Below are positions 8,625-17,876 of a stretch of DNA of 64,000 nt, in pieces. The stretch covers positions 5,500 through 69,499 of IMG/VR virus record IMGVR_UViG_3300037069_002364, one strand, 5' to 3'. This stretch comes from a virus. Position numbers and translations under genes: made by a program. The notes beneath the pieces were generated by a model. It saw nothing but the letters and a program-made list of their open reading frames with translations. It searched no databases and had not been told where the DNA came from. Numbering within the stretch: the stretch's first letter is position 1; each line of letters starts with the position of its first letter.

Positions 8625-8837
8625 TCACGCTTGCTCCTTCTCAACTATCTCAACGAGAGCGCGGATCGCCGCCTCACGCCGCTCCATTGCGTCATCAAGG
8701 GGCGCGGAGCCAGGATACGGCCCCGCGTCGCCCTCGAAGGCAACCATCGCGTTCTCCGCCTCTTGCACTGCCATCTGCGCCTCATAGAGGTCGCGCAGTA
8801 GTCGCTCATAGGTCGCGAGCCTTCCCTGTCGCACCAT
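8625..8837 (-). CDS. Hypothetical protein
   Basis: MVRQGRLATYERLLRDLYEAQ...; GAGGGG RBS. Start uncertain (8867 alternative). Confidence 0.5.
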   Translation of the reverse strand: MVRQGRLATYERLLRDLYEAQMAVQEAENAMVAFEGDAGPYPGSAPLDDAMERREAAIRALVEIVEKEQA

Positions 8838-8850
8838 CCCCTCATCCCCC

Positions 8851-9216
8851 TCAATACGGCCCGTCATCGCCGTCACACGCGGCGAACAGCGCCCGCCGCT
8901 CCGCTTCCCGCTCCTGCTCGATACGCTGCTGCTTGGCCTGCCACAACGCCTCGTCGCGCCGTTCGTCGGCGGCTTCGGCATCGAGGGCGGCGTGGAAGGC
9001 GGCGATGGCTTCCTCCGCTTCCCGCTCACGCTCTTTCGCCTCCTGAGCCACTGCTTCCGCTTCGGACTCTGTTGCAAATCGTCCGATTTCTGTGCGGGTG
9101 TAGCCATGCACATAGTCTACTCGCCAACGCTCATGCCACGGCGCATAAGGCCACTGAAAGACGACCTCGCAGTAAACACCTGCTTGTTGCATGTCAAACT
9201 GCTTCCCCTGAAACAT
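8851..9216 (-). CDS. Hypothetical protein with coiled-coil C-terminus
   Basis: ORF track; consistent codon usage and spacing. Confidence 0.6.
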   Translation of the reverse strand: MFQGKQFDMQQAGVYCEVVFQWPYAPWHERWRVDYVHGYTRTEIGRFATESEAEAVAQEAKEREREAEEAIAAFHAALDAEAADERRDEALWQAKQQRIEQEREAERRALFAACDGDDGPY

Positions 9217-9231
9217 CGCCCTGCTCCCATC

Positions 9232-9567
9232 CTACGTCACGTCCTCGTCGTACGGCGTGTCATCAATCGGCACGACATCGGCGAGGTCTACGCGCTCATC
9301 TTCCCCGAGGAAGTCTGCCGCCTGCGACTCCGCGAGGTCGGTGCACAGTGCCGCGTTGAATCGGAGTGCATCCAGCAGATAGGTCGGCGCATCGGTGGGT
9401 GCGGTCAGAAGGACGTGCTCCATTGCCCGGGCTGCCCCCTCGTACCAGTTACCCTCCCCGACCATCGGTGGCGTCCAACCCTCCGGCTTGCTTGTCCCCT
9501 GTGCCTGCTCGATGGCCTCGCGCAGCACCAGCGCGTCAATCGTCAGGGGAAGCGTGATCAGTGTCAT
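9232..9567 (-). CDS. Hypothetical protein
   Basis: ORF track; RBS. Confidence 0.6.
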   Translation of the reverse strand: MTLITLPLTIDALVLREAIEQAQGTSKPEGWTPPMVGEGNWYEGAARAMEHVLLTAPTDAPTYLLDALRFNAALCTDLAESQAADFLGEDERVDLADVVPIDDTPYDEDVT

Positions 9568-9836
9568 TGGGTGCGCTCCTTGCGTGGCCTACCGCGTGGT
9601 CGGCCCGTGCTATGTAGCAGGCGATACCGTTTCAGGCGTTCCCGCTCCTTCTTGCGGTGTCGGGCAAGCGCGACGGGATCAGCGGCCATCTCTTGTCGGT
9701 AGCGCGCCACCCGTGCGGCGGAACAGGACAGGCACTCGCCATAGATATACCCCTTCGTGCTGCGCGGAAACTCCTCGGGCGGCAGGTTCTCGCGCCCACA
9801 GGTCGAGCAGCGCGTGGGCTGTTTCGTCCAGACCAT
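9564..9836 (-). CDS. Zinc-finger protein with C-terminal AT-hook
   Basis: CSTC...CLSC, basic helix, then GRPRGRPRK; ATG overlaps the upstream stop. Confidence 0.65.
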   Translation of the reverse strand: MVWTKQPTRCSTCGRENLPPEEFPRSTKGYIYGECLSCSAARVARYRQEMAADPVALARHRKKERERLKRYRLLHSTGRPRGRPRKERTQ

Positions 9837-10198
9837 CAGCGCGCCGCCTCCAGTTGCGCCGCCACGACGAAGGGGCCGAGCGCGTCTATCGCCTCTGCCG
9901 CCGTGATCGCAGTGGAGGCGTTGTGGAAACAGCGACCGAAGAGCGTGACCTGGTATTCCAGCGTCCAGTGCGGCATGGTGGCTTCGCCGTCGTTCCACTT
10001 CGCCTGGGCAACGCCGATAACAAATCCCTGAGCGCCATAGCGCGCCGTGAAGTAGTTGTGAAAGACGCATTTCCTCGCGTCCATTGACTCGCAGACGTGA
10101 TCCTCGGGGTTGAAGGTACTGAGCCATTGATAGAGTTCCTGTGGCGTCACCCGCTCAATATCCTGCGGCCTGACGATTGCCGTTGGATGCATGTTCAT
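9836..10198 (-). CDS. Hypothetical protein, distant member of the intragenomic Cys-motif paralogue family
   Basis: VCESMDARKCVFHNYF...TMPHW...ITAAEAIDAL. Confidence 0.6.
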   Translation of the reverse strand: MNMHPTAIVRPQDIERVTPQELYQWLSTFNPEDHVCESMDARKCVFHNYFTARYGAQGFVIGVAQAKWNDGEATMPHWTLEYQVTLFGRCFHNASTAITAAEAIDALGPFVVAAQLEAAR

Positions 10199-10204
10199 CT
10201 CCTG

Positions 10205-10543
10205 TCAGTCAGTCTCTTTTGCCCGTAGCCACGCCTCGGCAGCCTCCCAGGAGTCGAACCGACGCGTGCAGACAAAGCCATCGTACTCCGACTCAAAGCG
10301 GTGATCGCCGCGCCCCCTCGCAACATAGTAGGCACGCAGGGCGGGGAGGTCGCGCCACTGGCATCCCGCGATGCGGTTGACCTCCTGGCCCAATCGGTTG
10401 TGTGTGAACGCGAATATCTCCTTGCCCCCGCGTATCGCATGGCGCTCGAACCACGGGTGGCCCGTCTCGATGCCCGGTTCAATCAGTCGGCATGCGGAGG
10501 CGTCGTCAATGGCGCGACACGCGTGGTCGAGGATGGAATCCAT
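10205..10543 (-). CDS. Hypothetical protein
   Basis: ORF track; RBS GGAGG. Confidence 0.6.
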   Translation of the reverse strand: MDSILDHACRAIDDASACRLIEPGIETGHPWFERHAIRGGKEIFAFTHNRLGQEVNRIAGCQWRDLPALRAYYVARGRGDHRFESEYDGFVCTRRFDSWEAAEAWLRAKETD

Positions 10544-10845
10544 TCGGTTGCCTCCATAATCTGTGCTGCTTTCAGGATGGTGACTGCGCCATTCGTGCGG
10601 CGCACCTTCGCCTCAACGGGTGACGAGGGATAGACGGCGATGATCTCCACGCGATCACGCCAGACGAGCGGCTTACCGGGGCGGGTGTCATCGGCGGCGT
10701 CGGCACCGAGCGTGGCGATGCGATTGCTGTTGCGCGCATAGAGGATGGCGAGGCGCATCGCACGCGCCTTCGCCAGCATGAGCATCGCCGCTTGATTCGG
10801 TCCCGTCATCCCCACATGCCATGCAAAGCGGGGTGGCAGGCTCAT
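10483..10845 (-). CDS. Hypothetical protein
   Basis: ORF track; start uncertain. Confidence 0.45.
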   Translation of the reverse strand: MSLPPRFAWHVGMTGPNQAAMLMLAKARAMRLAILYARNSNRIATLGADAADDTRPGKPLVWRDRVEIIAVYPSSPVEAKVRRTNGAVTILKAAQIMEATEWIPSSTTRVAPLTTPPHAD

Positions 10846-11649
10846 CTATGCCGCCTCACGCTTGCTGATGCCGAGGACGCGAACGGCGCGCTGCCAGATC
10901 GGGAACATCTTCGTCAGTTGTCCCGGCACGATTGCGACCACGACCTCGCCCGAGGGATCGGCGGTCATCGTCGCGCCCGCAAACGCATCGGTGAAGTCGA
11001 GCAGGACGCTCTCGGCCTCCGACTTGACTTCACGCACGGGGACGACCGGCGAGGCAATCGTGGGCGTGATCGTTGCGACCTCACGCATCTGACGCATCTC
11101 TTCCTGTACCGTGTTGCGCTCGCGCTCGATGCGCAGGATGTCGGCGCGCATCGCTTGGATCGTGCGCTCGTGCTCCGTGACCTTCGCGATGCGATTGGCG
11201 AGCAGGGCGTGTGCGTCCACGAGCCGCCTGACCGCTTCCAGTTGACTCGGCAGGTTGTGCTTCTGCTGGAAGGCGGCGAGGATGTTCGCTGCTTCCGCCG
11301 TGATGGGGCTGGTGCTGACTGGCTTGGCCTGCCGCTGCTCGTAGGCGTCCAGCAACGCGGCAAGAAAGGTGACGCGGGGCATCGTCCCTTGCATGGCAAT
11401 GAAGCGATTATGCAACTCCTCGCTCATGCTCGTATTGAGTTGTCGGGCCGTGCCGAATGTCCGACGCTTCGGCTTGTTCGCCTCAATGACCACCTGTGCC
11501 ATCGGATTGTCCTCCATCGCGGTCAGTGCCGCATACTGCTTTGTGCGGCTGCCGTTGCCGCCCCGGGTCATGCGTCGTGCGGTTTTCGGGTCGGTGTGCC
11601 GCAACTGGTCGAGTTTCCAGACGCTTTTCGGACTCATGCGCTCGGTCAT
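10846..11649 (-). CDS. Putative DNA-binding protein with RHH-like segments and coiled coil
   Basis: RQLNTSMSEELHNRF...TFLAALLDAY and EAANILAAFQQKHNLPSQLEAVRRLV, followed by heptads. Confidence 0.55.
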   Translation of the reverse strand: MTERMSPKSVWKLDQLRHTDPKTARRMTRGGNGSRTKQYAALTAMEDNPMAQVVIEANKPKRRTFGTARQLNTSMSEELHNRFIAMQGTMPRVTFLAALLDAYEQRQAKPVSTSPITAEAANILAAFQQKHNLPSQLEAVRRLVDAHALLANRIAKVTEHERTIQAMRADILRIERERNTVQEEMRQMREVATITPTIASPVVPVREVKSEAESVLLDFTDAFAGATMTADPSGEVVVAIVPGQLTKMFPIWQRAVRVLGISKREAA

Positions 11650-11657
11650 CGCACTCC

Positions 11658-12068
11658 TTACTGCGCGCTGTGCGCTTCGAGTAACCGGGAAGCGACCGCG
11701 TAATCCATTCTTCTTCGCATGAGCGACATCGTGCCGCGTGCGAGTTCCAGCCTCCCCTCAAGGCGTCCTGCCTCAGTTTCATCGTCACGCTGGTGCAGGA
11801 GTTCAGTCTGATATTCTGAGTCGCCCTTCTTTTTCAGGGCGAGAATGGCGTCACGCTCTTGCACGTTTTTGCAGGCGGCATACAGATTTTCTGCATAAAC
11901 CCATGCCGCCTCTATCTCGACAAACACACCCTTGCGGTAGGCAATCGCCTGCTTGAGGGCGCTCAGGGTCGTCGTCAGTTCCGCGACCGTCTCATTGGCG
12001 CGCTCGAATCGCTCACTGGCGTCACCAAAGACCCGATTGAGCGCGTCCGTCATCGTCATTGCTGCCAT
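11658..12068 (-). CDS. Hypothetical coiled-coil protein
   Basis: Long helical ORF; RBS. Confidence 0.6.
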   Translation of the reverse strand: MAAMTMTDALNRVFGDASERFERANETVAELTTTLSALKQAIAYRKGVFVEIEAAWVYAENLYAACKNVQERDAILALKKKGDSEYQTELLHQRDDETEAGRLEGRLELARGTMSLMRRRMDYAVASRLLEAHSAQ

Positions 12069-12281
12069 TCATTCCTCCCGGTACGCCTCGACGCAGCCAA
12101 CGGTGCGGCAGTGCGCATCAAAACAGTGCCATTTCAGGGGGCCGTCACACTGTAGCGGCTCCTCCTCCTCCTCGTCCTCCTCGACAGCGTAGAAGCCGCA
12201 CGCGCCGGAGCAGACCTCACGCAGCACGAGTGCATCCATCGCCATGCCACAGTGCGGGCAGAGCGGGGCGAGGCAGTTCAC
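12069..12281 (-). CDS. Small Cys-rich acidic protein
   Basis: CPHC, CSGAC, CFDAHC and an EEDEEEEE tract. Confidence 0.55.
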   Translation of the reverse strand: MNCLAPLCPHCGMAMDALVLREVCSGACGFYAVEEDEEEEEPLQCDGPLKWHCFDAHCRTVGCVEAYREE

Positions 12282-12565
12282 AGGCCAATCTCGCGCAGGA
12301 TGTCCCGCAACTCGGTGGCGATGGTGTGCGCCCGCTCCAGTTTGTCGAGTCCGGGCATGACGAGCGGGACTTCAACGGCATTGACGGGGCGGTAGATGTG
12401 CTCGAACTGGTCCGCCGCGAGGAAGAACGATGTCATCGTGGTGTAGTTGACGAGGTAATCACCCGGCTTGCCCGTGTCGGACAAGACGTTTCTTGTGATC
12501 ATCATTGGTTCGACAATTTGCATCGCCTCGACCACCTCACCGCTCGTGCGTGCCTGATATTTCAT
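12278..12565 (-). CDS. Conserved phage protein (PGDY-type motif)
   Basis: EVVEAMQI...GKPGDYLV...ADQFEHIYRPV. Confidence 0.6.
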   Translation of the reverse strand: MKYQARTSGEVVEAMQIVEPMMITRNVLSDTGKPGDYLVNYTTMTSFFLAADQFEHIYRPVNAVEVPLVMPGLDKLERAHTIATELRDILREIGL

Positions 12566-12840
12566 CGCCGCTCCCTCCACTGTGGCATCTCTGCCGCCAT
12601 GCGCTCACGCACCCGTTGTGCGGAGACACCCGTGATCGGGTGATGGATGCCGTGGGTCGTGATCTTCGCGATCGGGATACCCGCCTCGTCCATCGCCCGC
12701 CACCAGCCTTCGTCGTACGTGGCGACCGTGAAAAAGCGGCGCGGCGGTGGCGGGACGGGCTTCGGGCGGATCGTTGGTCGCAAGCCCGTACTCGGTGGCG
12801 CGGGTCGGGCGGCGCGGCGGGTCGGTGGCGGCATCGGCAT
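12562..12840 (-). CDS. Hypothetical protein with Pro/Arg-rich N-terminus
   Basis: RBS AAGGAG; first gene after the promoter at 12853-12881. Confidence 0.55.
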   Translation of the reverse strand: MPMPPPTRRAARPAPPSTGLRPTIRPKPVPPPPRRFFTVATYDEGWWRAMDEAGIPIAKITTHGIHHPITGVSAQRVRERMAAEMPQWRERR

Positions 12841-12852
12841 CTCCTTCTCCCT

Positions 12853-12881
12853 ATCGTATACGTTCTTGTATAAGTACGCAA
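12853..12881 (-). promoter_or_regulatory. sigma70-type promoter with an operator across its spacer
   Basis: TTGCGT-N17-TACGAT; box at 12862-12877. Confidence 0.7.
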
Positions 12882-12921
12882 TAGGGGAAAACAAAATCGG
12901 CGGGGGCGCTCGTGTTAAGTG

Positions 12922-13140
12922 TCATACTCGGTCATGCGTGTCCCCGCCGACGTACCGTTCCCAACCAGCGTGATAGGGCACGAGCGCGAGATAGCCATCG
13001 CCCTGGTCATACTCAATGAAGGCCAGCGGATTGACCGCATTGCCCTCGGCGTCACTGAGCATGAATACGGGCGCGTTGCCGGGTTGTTCGCGAAGTAGGG
13101 CGATCAGGTCGTTGACGGTAACAAAGGTGATTTCGGTCAT
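12922..13140 (-). CDS. Conserved small phage protein
   Basis: TVNDLIALLREQPGNAPVFMLSDAEGN pattern. Confidence 0.65.
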   Translation of the reverse strand: MTEITFVTVNDLIALLREQPGNAPVFMLSDAEGNAVNPLAFIEYDQGDGYLALVPYHAGWERYVGGDTHDRV

Positions 13141-13505
13141 CGCGTTCCCTCCTTCGTCGCTTCCAACCATGCGGGCACGACAGGCAGGAGCGGTGCCCAG
13201 TTTTCCTGTGCGAACGGAACCAGCCCTCCCTGTGACACGGACCACATCACCTTGAGTCGTGCGCCCTCACGCCCATCGAGATTTTCCGCCAGCCACGTCT
13301 CGCCCTCGACGCTCGGATCATCGAGTGTGGTGGGGAGCGAGAATACGGCGGGACGCTTGACCCAGGTGATTCTCCAGACCCCCTCCCCTCGATACGCGAG
13401 ATAGATGTTGTGGCTTTGGCTAACGGGCGACCATGCTTGTCGAATGATCACCTCATACATCTCGACCTCAAACGAGGTGGAAGGGGTGTGCTTGACAATC
13501 TCCAT
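13137..13505 (-). CDS. Hypothetical protein
   Basis: ORF track; coupled overlap. Confidence 0.55.
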   Translation of the reverse strand: MEIVKHTPSTSFEVEMYEVIIRQAWSPVSQSHNIYLAYRGEGVWRITWVKRPAVFSLPTTLDDPSVEGETWLAENLDGREGARLKVMWSVSQGGLVPFAQENWAPLLPVVPAWLEATKEGTR

Positions 13506-13522
13506 CGGTGATCTCCCTCTCC

Positions 13523-14020
13523 TTACCAGATTGTGCCATCCTCCGCCAGCAACTCGGGCAGCAGATGGTTCATGTTCGCGCTGTTCCGCTCGTCATTCGA
13601 CTGGGAGAGGGCGATGCGCTCCGCGACCGACATCTCCCCGAGCCATTCGCGATAGAGCGCGCAGAGCGCGTCGTAGTCGGGGCGTCCCTGCTGGTCAAGG
13701 TTGTACAGTATCTCGTCATCCAGAAAGGCGTAGAAGCGGCCAATCGGCCCCATCGTCGGCCCGATCTCTTTGAGTCGGGTGATGTACAACACGGTCACGC
13801 GCTCCTCGTCAATGTATTCGTCAAAGAACTGCTCGGGCGTCACGGTGGAGATGGAGCCGAGGCCGAACGAGAGTCGTGTGTAGCCTGCGGGCTGGTCGTT
13901 GAGCCAGATGACGATCTTGCCCGAATCCTCGTTGACCTTGTACGATTCCTCCCCGGAAAAGCCGTTACCCATCGCCTCCGCGACCCATTGCATCGCCGCT
14001 TTCGTACGTTCGTCACTCAT
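13523..14020 (-). CDS. Hypothetical protein
   Basis: ORF track; GGAGG RBS. Confidence 0.65.
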   Translation of the reverse strand: MSDERTKAAMQWVAEAMGNGFSGEESYKVNEDSGKIVIWLNDQPAGYTRLSFGLGSISTVTPEQFFDEYIDEERVTVLYITRLKEIGPTMGPIGRFYAFLDDEILYNLDQQGRPDYDALCALYREWLGEMSVAERIALSQSNDERNSANMNHLLPELLAEDGTIW

Positions 14021-14077
14021 TCTGCCCTCCTTTTGGCGCAGTATACGACAGGCAAGGCGAACGCATTGCTTCCCCTC

Positions 14078-15493
14078 TTAGCCGAGATATTCCAGGTACT
14101 TGATCTCGCTCATCGCCTCGGGCGTGACGGTGCCGTTGATGCCCATCAGGAAGGCGTCACCGTCAATCGCAATCGGCGTCGCAGCGACCAGCGCGCCGTT
14201 GTGCTTGGCGACTTTCGCGTAGCGCACCTCGGCACCCTGCTTCATCGCCCGCTGAAAGAACTTCTCAATCGTCGGTGGCGTGTAGCCGAAGCGCAGTTTC
14301 GTCGCCTTCGGTGGGCGCGACGGCTTGCTGGTGGCGGCGATTGCCGCTTTCGTTGCCTTCGCCACCATCTCGGCACGGGCGTCATGCTGCAACTGCTCTT
14401 GCTGCTGGATGGGATACTCATGAGGTGATGACGGCGAGAACGTCACGGGAATGTCACTGAAATGTCCGCCTGTAACCGCGCACGTCGCTTCTGCCTCGCA
14501 GAATGCAGGCGCATCACAATCGTTACACGGGATGCCGGGCGGTGGGCCAATGCGCTCAGTGCTCCATGTCTGCCCGTCGAGTGCGATGGAGTGACGCGCT
14601 TCCTTTGCCGCCGCCATCCCTGCGAGGGTGTACGCATCGAAGGCCACGGCCTCGTTATACCCCTCGACATCGCCCTCCCGAGCCGCGTGGTTCATCAGGA
14701 AGTCGGCGGTGAGTTCGTCTGCGCCATCATCCGTATCTTCCTCCGCGTTGCAGTCGCCGCACGAGGGATTGCCTTCGCCATCAAGGTGGGTCGCCGTATC
14801 GTCGCAATGCACACAGCGCGTTGCTCCTTTCGCCATGTACGCGTTGTACAGTGTGCGCATCTCCTCGACATTCGCCACCACGACTTTGCCGCGCTTGATG
14901 TCCTTGATCCAGTAGCCGTTACCGTTCCCCTCGCTGTCGTCGGTGGCCCATGCGGTCAGGGCGTCCTCAAGCGTGTCGAAATGCTCGGAGCCGGTGCCGC
15001 GTTCACCGTTGCGCATCCGGTAATACTCGAAGTCCTCGGGCAGCGCGGCAAGCCGTTCCTCTTCCTCCTTCTCAAGCGCGCCCCTCTCTTGCTCGCGCAC
15101 TTCCTCGTATATCTTACTGTCGAACACGCCGGGAAGCACGGGATAGTCGGCGGCATGCATGCAGCGGATCGTGGCGCGACTGCTGCCAAAGGTGATCGTC
15201 AGGCTCTCGCGCCGCCAGTCCCGTTCCAATGCCACCGGCACGCCCTTCGGCACCAGTTTCAGGTAATCGGCAAACTCCTTCGCGGGTACGCAGGTCGCGC
15301 CGTACGCGTCAATACCGCTACCGACGAAGCGGTGCGCCGTCTGTTCGAGGTTCGTTCCGGCGATGAGGAAGCCGCCCGCTTTCGCTTCGAGGACAAAGGT
15401 ATTGAGGATCGGCAGATGGGTTCGCTTGGCGATGCTCGGCTTGACCACCGCCAGCGCGTCGTTCAGGTCGTTGCTCATTGCGGTCAGTTTCAT
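14078..15493 (-). CDS. Beta sliding clamp domain I fused to ~350 aa unknown extension (Cys-rich and acidic segments)
   Basis: MKLTAMSNDLNDALAVVKPSIAKRTHLPILNTFVLEA...IAGTNLE...GATCVPAKEFADYLKLVP...LTITFGSSRATIRCMHAADYPVLP matches DnaN domain I; AAGGAGG RBS before ATG 15493. Confidence 0.8.
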   Translation of the reverse strand: MKLTAMSNDLNDALAVVKPSIAKRTHLPILNTFVLEAKAGGFLIAGTNLEQTAHRFVGSGIDAYGATCVPAKEFADYLKLVPKGVPVALERDWRRESLTITFGSSRATIRCMHAADYPVLPGVFDSKIYEEVREQERGALEKEEEERLAALPEDFEYYRMRNGERGTGSEHFDTLEDALTAWATDDSEGNGNGYWIKDIKRGKVVVANVEEMRTLYNAYMAKGATRCVHCDDTATHLDGEGNPSCGDCNAEEDTDDGADELTADFLMNHAAREGDVEGYNEAVAFDAYTLAGMAAAKEARHSIALDGQTWSTERIGPPPGIPCNDCDAPAFCEAEATCAVTGGHFSDIPVTFSPSSPHEYPIQQQEQLQHDARAEMVAKATKAAIAATSKPSRPPKATKLRFGYTPPTIEKFFQRAMKQGAEVRYAKVAKHNGALVAATPIAIDGDAFLMGINGTVTPEAMSEIKYLEYLG

Positions 15494-15503
15494 GGGTTCC
15501 TCC

Positions 15504-16340
15504 TTATGCGGCGAGATGCATCGGCATGATAACGGCGGCGACATCGCAGCCATCCTCAGTCTGCGGGAGAAAGACGCCGGGATTGTTGCGCCCCTGCATG
15601 CGGAAGATCACGTCGCGGGCCTTGTAACTGTTCAGGAGGTCGTGGACATAGCGCCAGTTGAAGGCAATCACGTTGCCATCGCCATCAAAGATACCCTCGT
15701 TGATCGTTTCCACGGCGTCACCGATCTCGGCGGCGTTCGCGCTCACGGTCAGGAAGCGTTCGTACTCGCCCTGGTCGGAGTTGATTTCCAGTTTCAGCAC
15801 GTCGTTGTTCTCTTTGGCGAAGATCGCGCACCGCTTGACGGCGGCAAGCAAGGCTTCACGGCGCACGCCAATCTCGGTAACGTGCTTCGTGGGAATGAGT
15901 TTCGCGCAGTCGGGGTACGTGCCTTCGATCAGGTGGCTCGTCAGCGAGAGATGGGCACTTTCCGCGCTGATCTGGATGGGCTTGGCGACGGTCGGCATTC
16001 CTTGCGACTCGACCGCTTCCACGTCGGGGTTGAGGTCGCGCCAGCGTTTCGTCGTCAGCGTGATTGGCTCGTCATACTTGCCGATCTGCTTGATCAGCGA
16101 CTTGACGAACTCGATGGGTACAATGGCACTATCCCACTCCTCATACTCAATGGTCGCATTCGCTACGGACAGGCGGAAGCCATCGGTCGCCTCGGCAAAG
16201 AGGCGTGCGCCATCCTGTCCCGAAACCGCCCGCAGATGGACAGCGTGCAGCACGGGCCGGGAATCGTCGGTCGCCGCCGCATAGACGGTGTGGGTGAGCA
16301 GGGATTTCAAAACTTGTGAATTGACCGTCAATTGGCTCAT
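15504..16340 (-). CDS. dnaN: Beta sliding clamp domains II+III only
   Basis: YAAATDDSRPVLHAVHL...ATDGFRL...LIEGTYPDCAKLIP...LLAAVKR...IAFNWRYVHDLL...VIMPMHL; domain I absent. Confidence 0.9.
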   Translation of the reverse strand: MSQLTVNSQVLKSLLTHTVYAAATDDSRPVLHAVHLRAVSGQDGARLFAEATDGFRLSVANATIEYEEWDSAIVPIEFVKSLIKQIGKYDEPITLTTKRWRDLNPDVEAVESQGMPTVAKPIQISAESAHLSLTSHLIEGTYPDCAKLIPTKHVTEIGVRREALLAAVKRCAIFAKENNDVLKLEINSDQGEYERFLTVSANAAEIGDAVETINEGIFDGDGNVIAFNWRYVHDLLNSYKARDVIFRMQGRNNPGVFLPQTEDGCDVAAVIMPMHLAA

Positions 16341-17242
16341 TGCGCTTTCCCTTCTTTCGCGTAGACATAGAGGACGCCCGCCACATCACACAACAGGCAG
16401 TATCCTTTCTGCCAAACGTTCCAGCGTGCTCGTACGTGGTCGCGGTGCGTTTGCGCGAGGGTCAGGCCGTCGCAGACAAGCATGCGGGCATACAGTTCCG
16501 CATCCGCCGCCGCAGCCCACGCCGCATCCCACGCCGCATCCCACGCCGCATCCCTCGCCGCAGCCCTCGCCGCATCCGCCGCCGCATCCGCCGCCGCAGC
16601 CCGCGCCGCAGCCCACGCCGCATCCCACGCCGCATCCCTCGCCGCAGCCCTCGCCGCAGCCCTCGCCGCATCCCACGCCGCAGCCCTCGCCGCATCCCAC
16701 GCCGCATCCCTCGCCGCAGCCCTCGCCGCAGCCCTCGCCGCATCCCACACCGCAGCCCGCGCCGCATCCCTCGCCGCAGCCCTCGCCGCAGCCCTCGCCG
16801 CATCCGCCGCCGCAGCCCGCGCCGCAGTGAGCGTCGGCGCGGTAAAGAGTCGCCACGCGGGATCGGGTTGACCATCCGGCTTGCCGAATGGCGTTGCCGG
16901 TATCTCCTCGGTGACGAACCGCTCGACGGCGTGCCACCAGTCAGGAACGGCCTCTGGAGCGGGCCGCAAGAGGCGGCAGCGATTGGTCACGATCTTGTCT
17001 GTTTGCGTGTCGTGAATGATGTCTGGCTCGGCGGCGTAGACCTCCATGCCAACGACCGGCCACTGCATCGGGTCAGTCGTCAGGTGGTATCCGCGCTCGC
17101 AGATGACGGGGCGTGTGATGGTCGGCGTCCAATCGCCGGGCGTCACACCGCCGCCACTCACAGTTGGCAGCGACCACGTATACCTGCCGCCGTGCGTGGA
17201 TTGGCCCGCTTTGAGTACCTTGTAGTATGTCGGTGCGCTCAT
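16337..17242 (-). CDS. Phage protein with AA(R/W)(D/A) tetrapeptide repeat region
   Basis: Globular N-terminus YYKVLK...VICERGYHL, then ~27 repeats such as [12 protein letters not shown]. Confidence 0.75.
   Translation of the reverse strand: MSAPTYYKVLKAGQSTHGGRYTWSLPTVSGGGVTPGDWTPTITRPVICERGYHLTTDPMQWPVVGMEVYAAEPDIIHDTQTDKIVTNRCRLLRPAPEAVPDWWHAVERFVTEEIPATPFGKPDGQPDPAWRLFTAPTLTAARAAAADAARAAARAAARDAARAAVWDAARAAARAAARDAAWDAARAAAWDAARAAARAAARDAAWDAAWAAARAAAADAAADAARAAARDAAWDAAWDAAWAAAADAELYARMLVCDGLTLAQTHRDHVRARWNVWQKGYCLLCDVAGVLYVYAKEGKAQ
16500..16826. repeat. 12-bp degenerate tandem repeat (GCCGCA-TCC/GCC-CAC/CTC/CGC), coding
   Basis: Directly visible; encodes the Ala-rich repeats on the minus strand. 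Confidence 0.9.
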
Positions 17243-17643
17243 TGTGCCTCCCATTTCTCCAAAAACTCGCCAGCGGTCACCATGCTTGCCTCGCCGCCCT
17301 CATCCAAGCGTCTTAAGTCCACCATGTCATCGAACTTGAGCGCCAAGCGATTGAGTGCCGGTGGCAGCGGCTCCATTGTCCCGTATTTCGCCGCAAGGCG
17401 GTGCTCGGCATAGTGTGGCTCCGAGTGATGGGTGTCGAACGCCTCCTTTGTGACGGAAGTCACGGTGCCCCCACCGGTCTGCGGCAGGACGAAGAAGTAA
17501 TAGTCGGGGTGCTGCTCGGTAAGGTATTCCGCGATGACGCACGCCGAGGGTTCCTGGCATTGCCCGACCACAGCGGTCGGCTTCATGCCCCGCACCCATG
17601 CGATGATCGGCTCAACACTTTCGGGAATAACGACTTCGCTCAT
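17239..17643 (-). CDS. Hypothetical protein, Cys-motif paralogue family
   Basis: VVGQCQEPSACVIAEYL...PDYYFFVLP...LPPALNRLALKFD. Confidence 0.7.
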   Translation of the reverse strand: MSEVVIPESVEPIIAWVRGMKPTAVVGQCQEPSACVIAEYLTEQHPDYYFFVLPQTGGGTVTSVTKEAFDTHHSEPHYAEHRLAAKYGTMEPLPPALNRLALKFDDMVDLRRLDEGGEASMVTAGEFLEKWEAQ

Positions 17644-17876
17644 GACTCCCCCTCCTCGTCGTGGTGTTCAGCGTGGTGCTCGTCCATGTATTCCGCCACC
17701 AATGGCGCAACGGCCTCGGTGACGCCGAGCATCTGCGTGAGACGGCGCAGGCCATCACCAATCGCGGAGGAGCGGTCGGAGAAATCGGGGTTTTCGTTGT
17801 CCTCGGCGTCCTGGTCACAACTGGCAATGCAGCAGGCGAGTTCGGCAATCGCCTCGTTACTGATGGTCGCGCTCAT
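17640..17876 (-). CDS. Hypothetical acidic protein
   Basis: MSATISNEAIAELAC...; GAGG RBS. Confidence 0.6.
   Translation of the reverse strand: MSATISNEAIAELACCIASCDQDAEDNENPDFSDRSSAIGDGLRRLTQMLGVTEAVAPLVAEYMDEHHAEHHDEEGES

Noticed and set aside
16500-16826. Possible CRISPR array
   Set aside because: Contiguous 12-bp units without unique spacers, inside a CDS; no cas genes.
16288-17413. ORFs with striking RRSP, CGEG and PQPS repeats (16340-17413, 16386-16937, 16288-16830, 16462-16875)
   Set aside because: Alternative-frame readings of one 12-bp tandem repeat; only 16337-17242 has a globular context and coupled start/stop.
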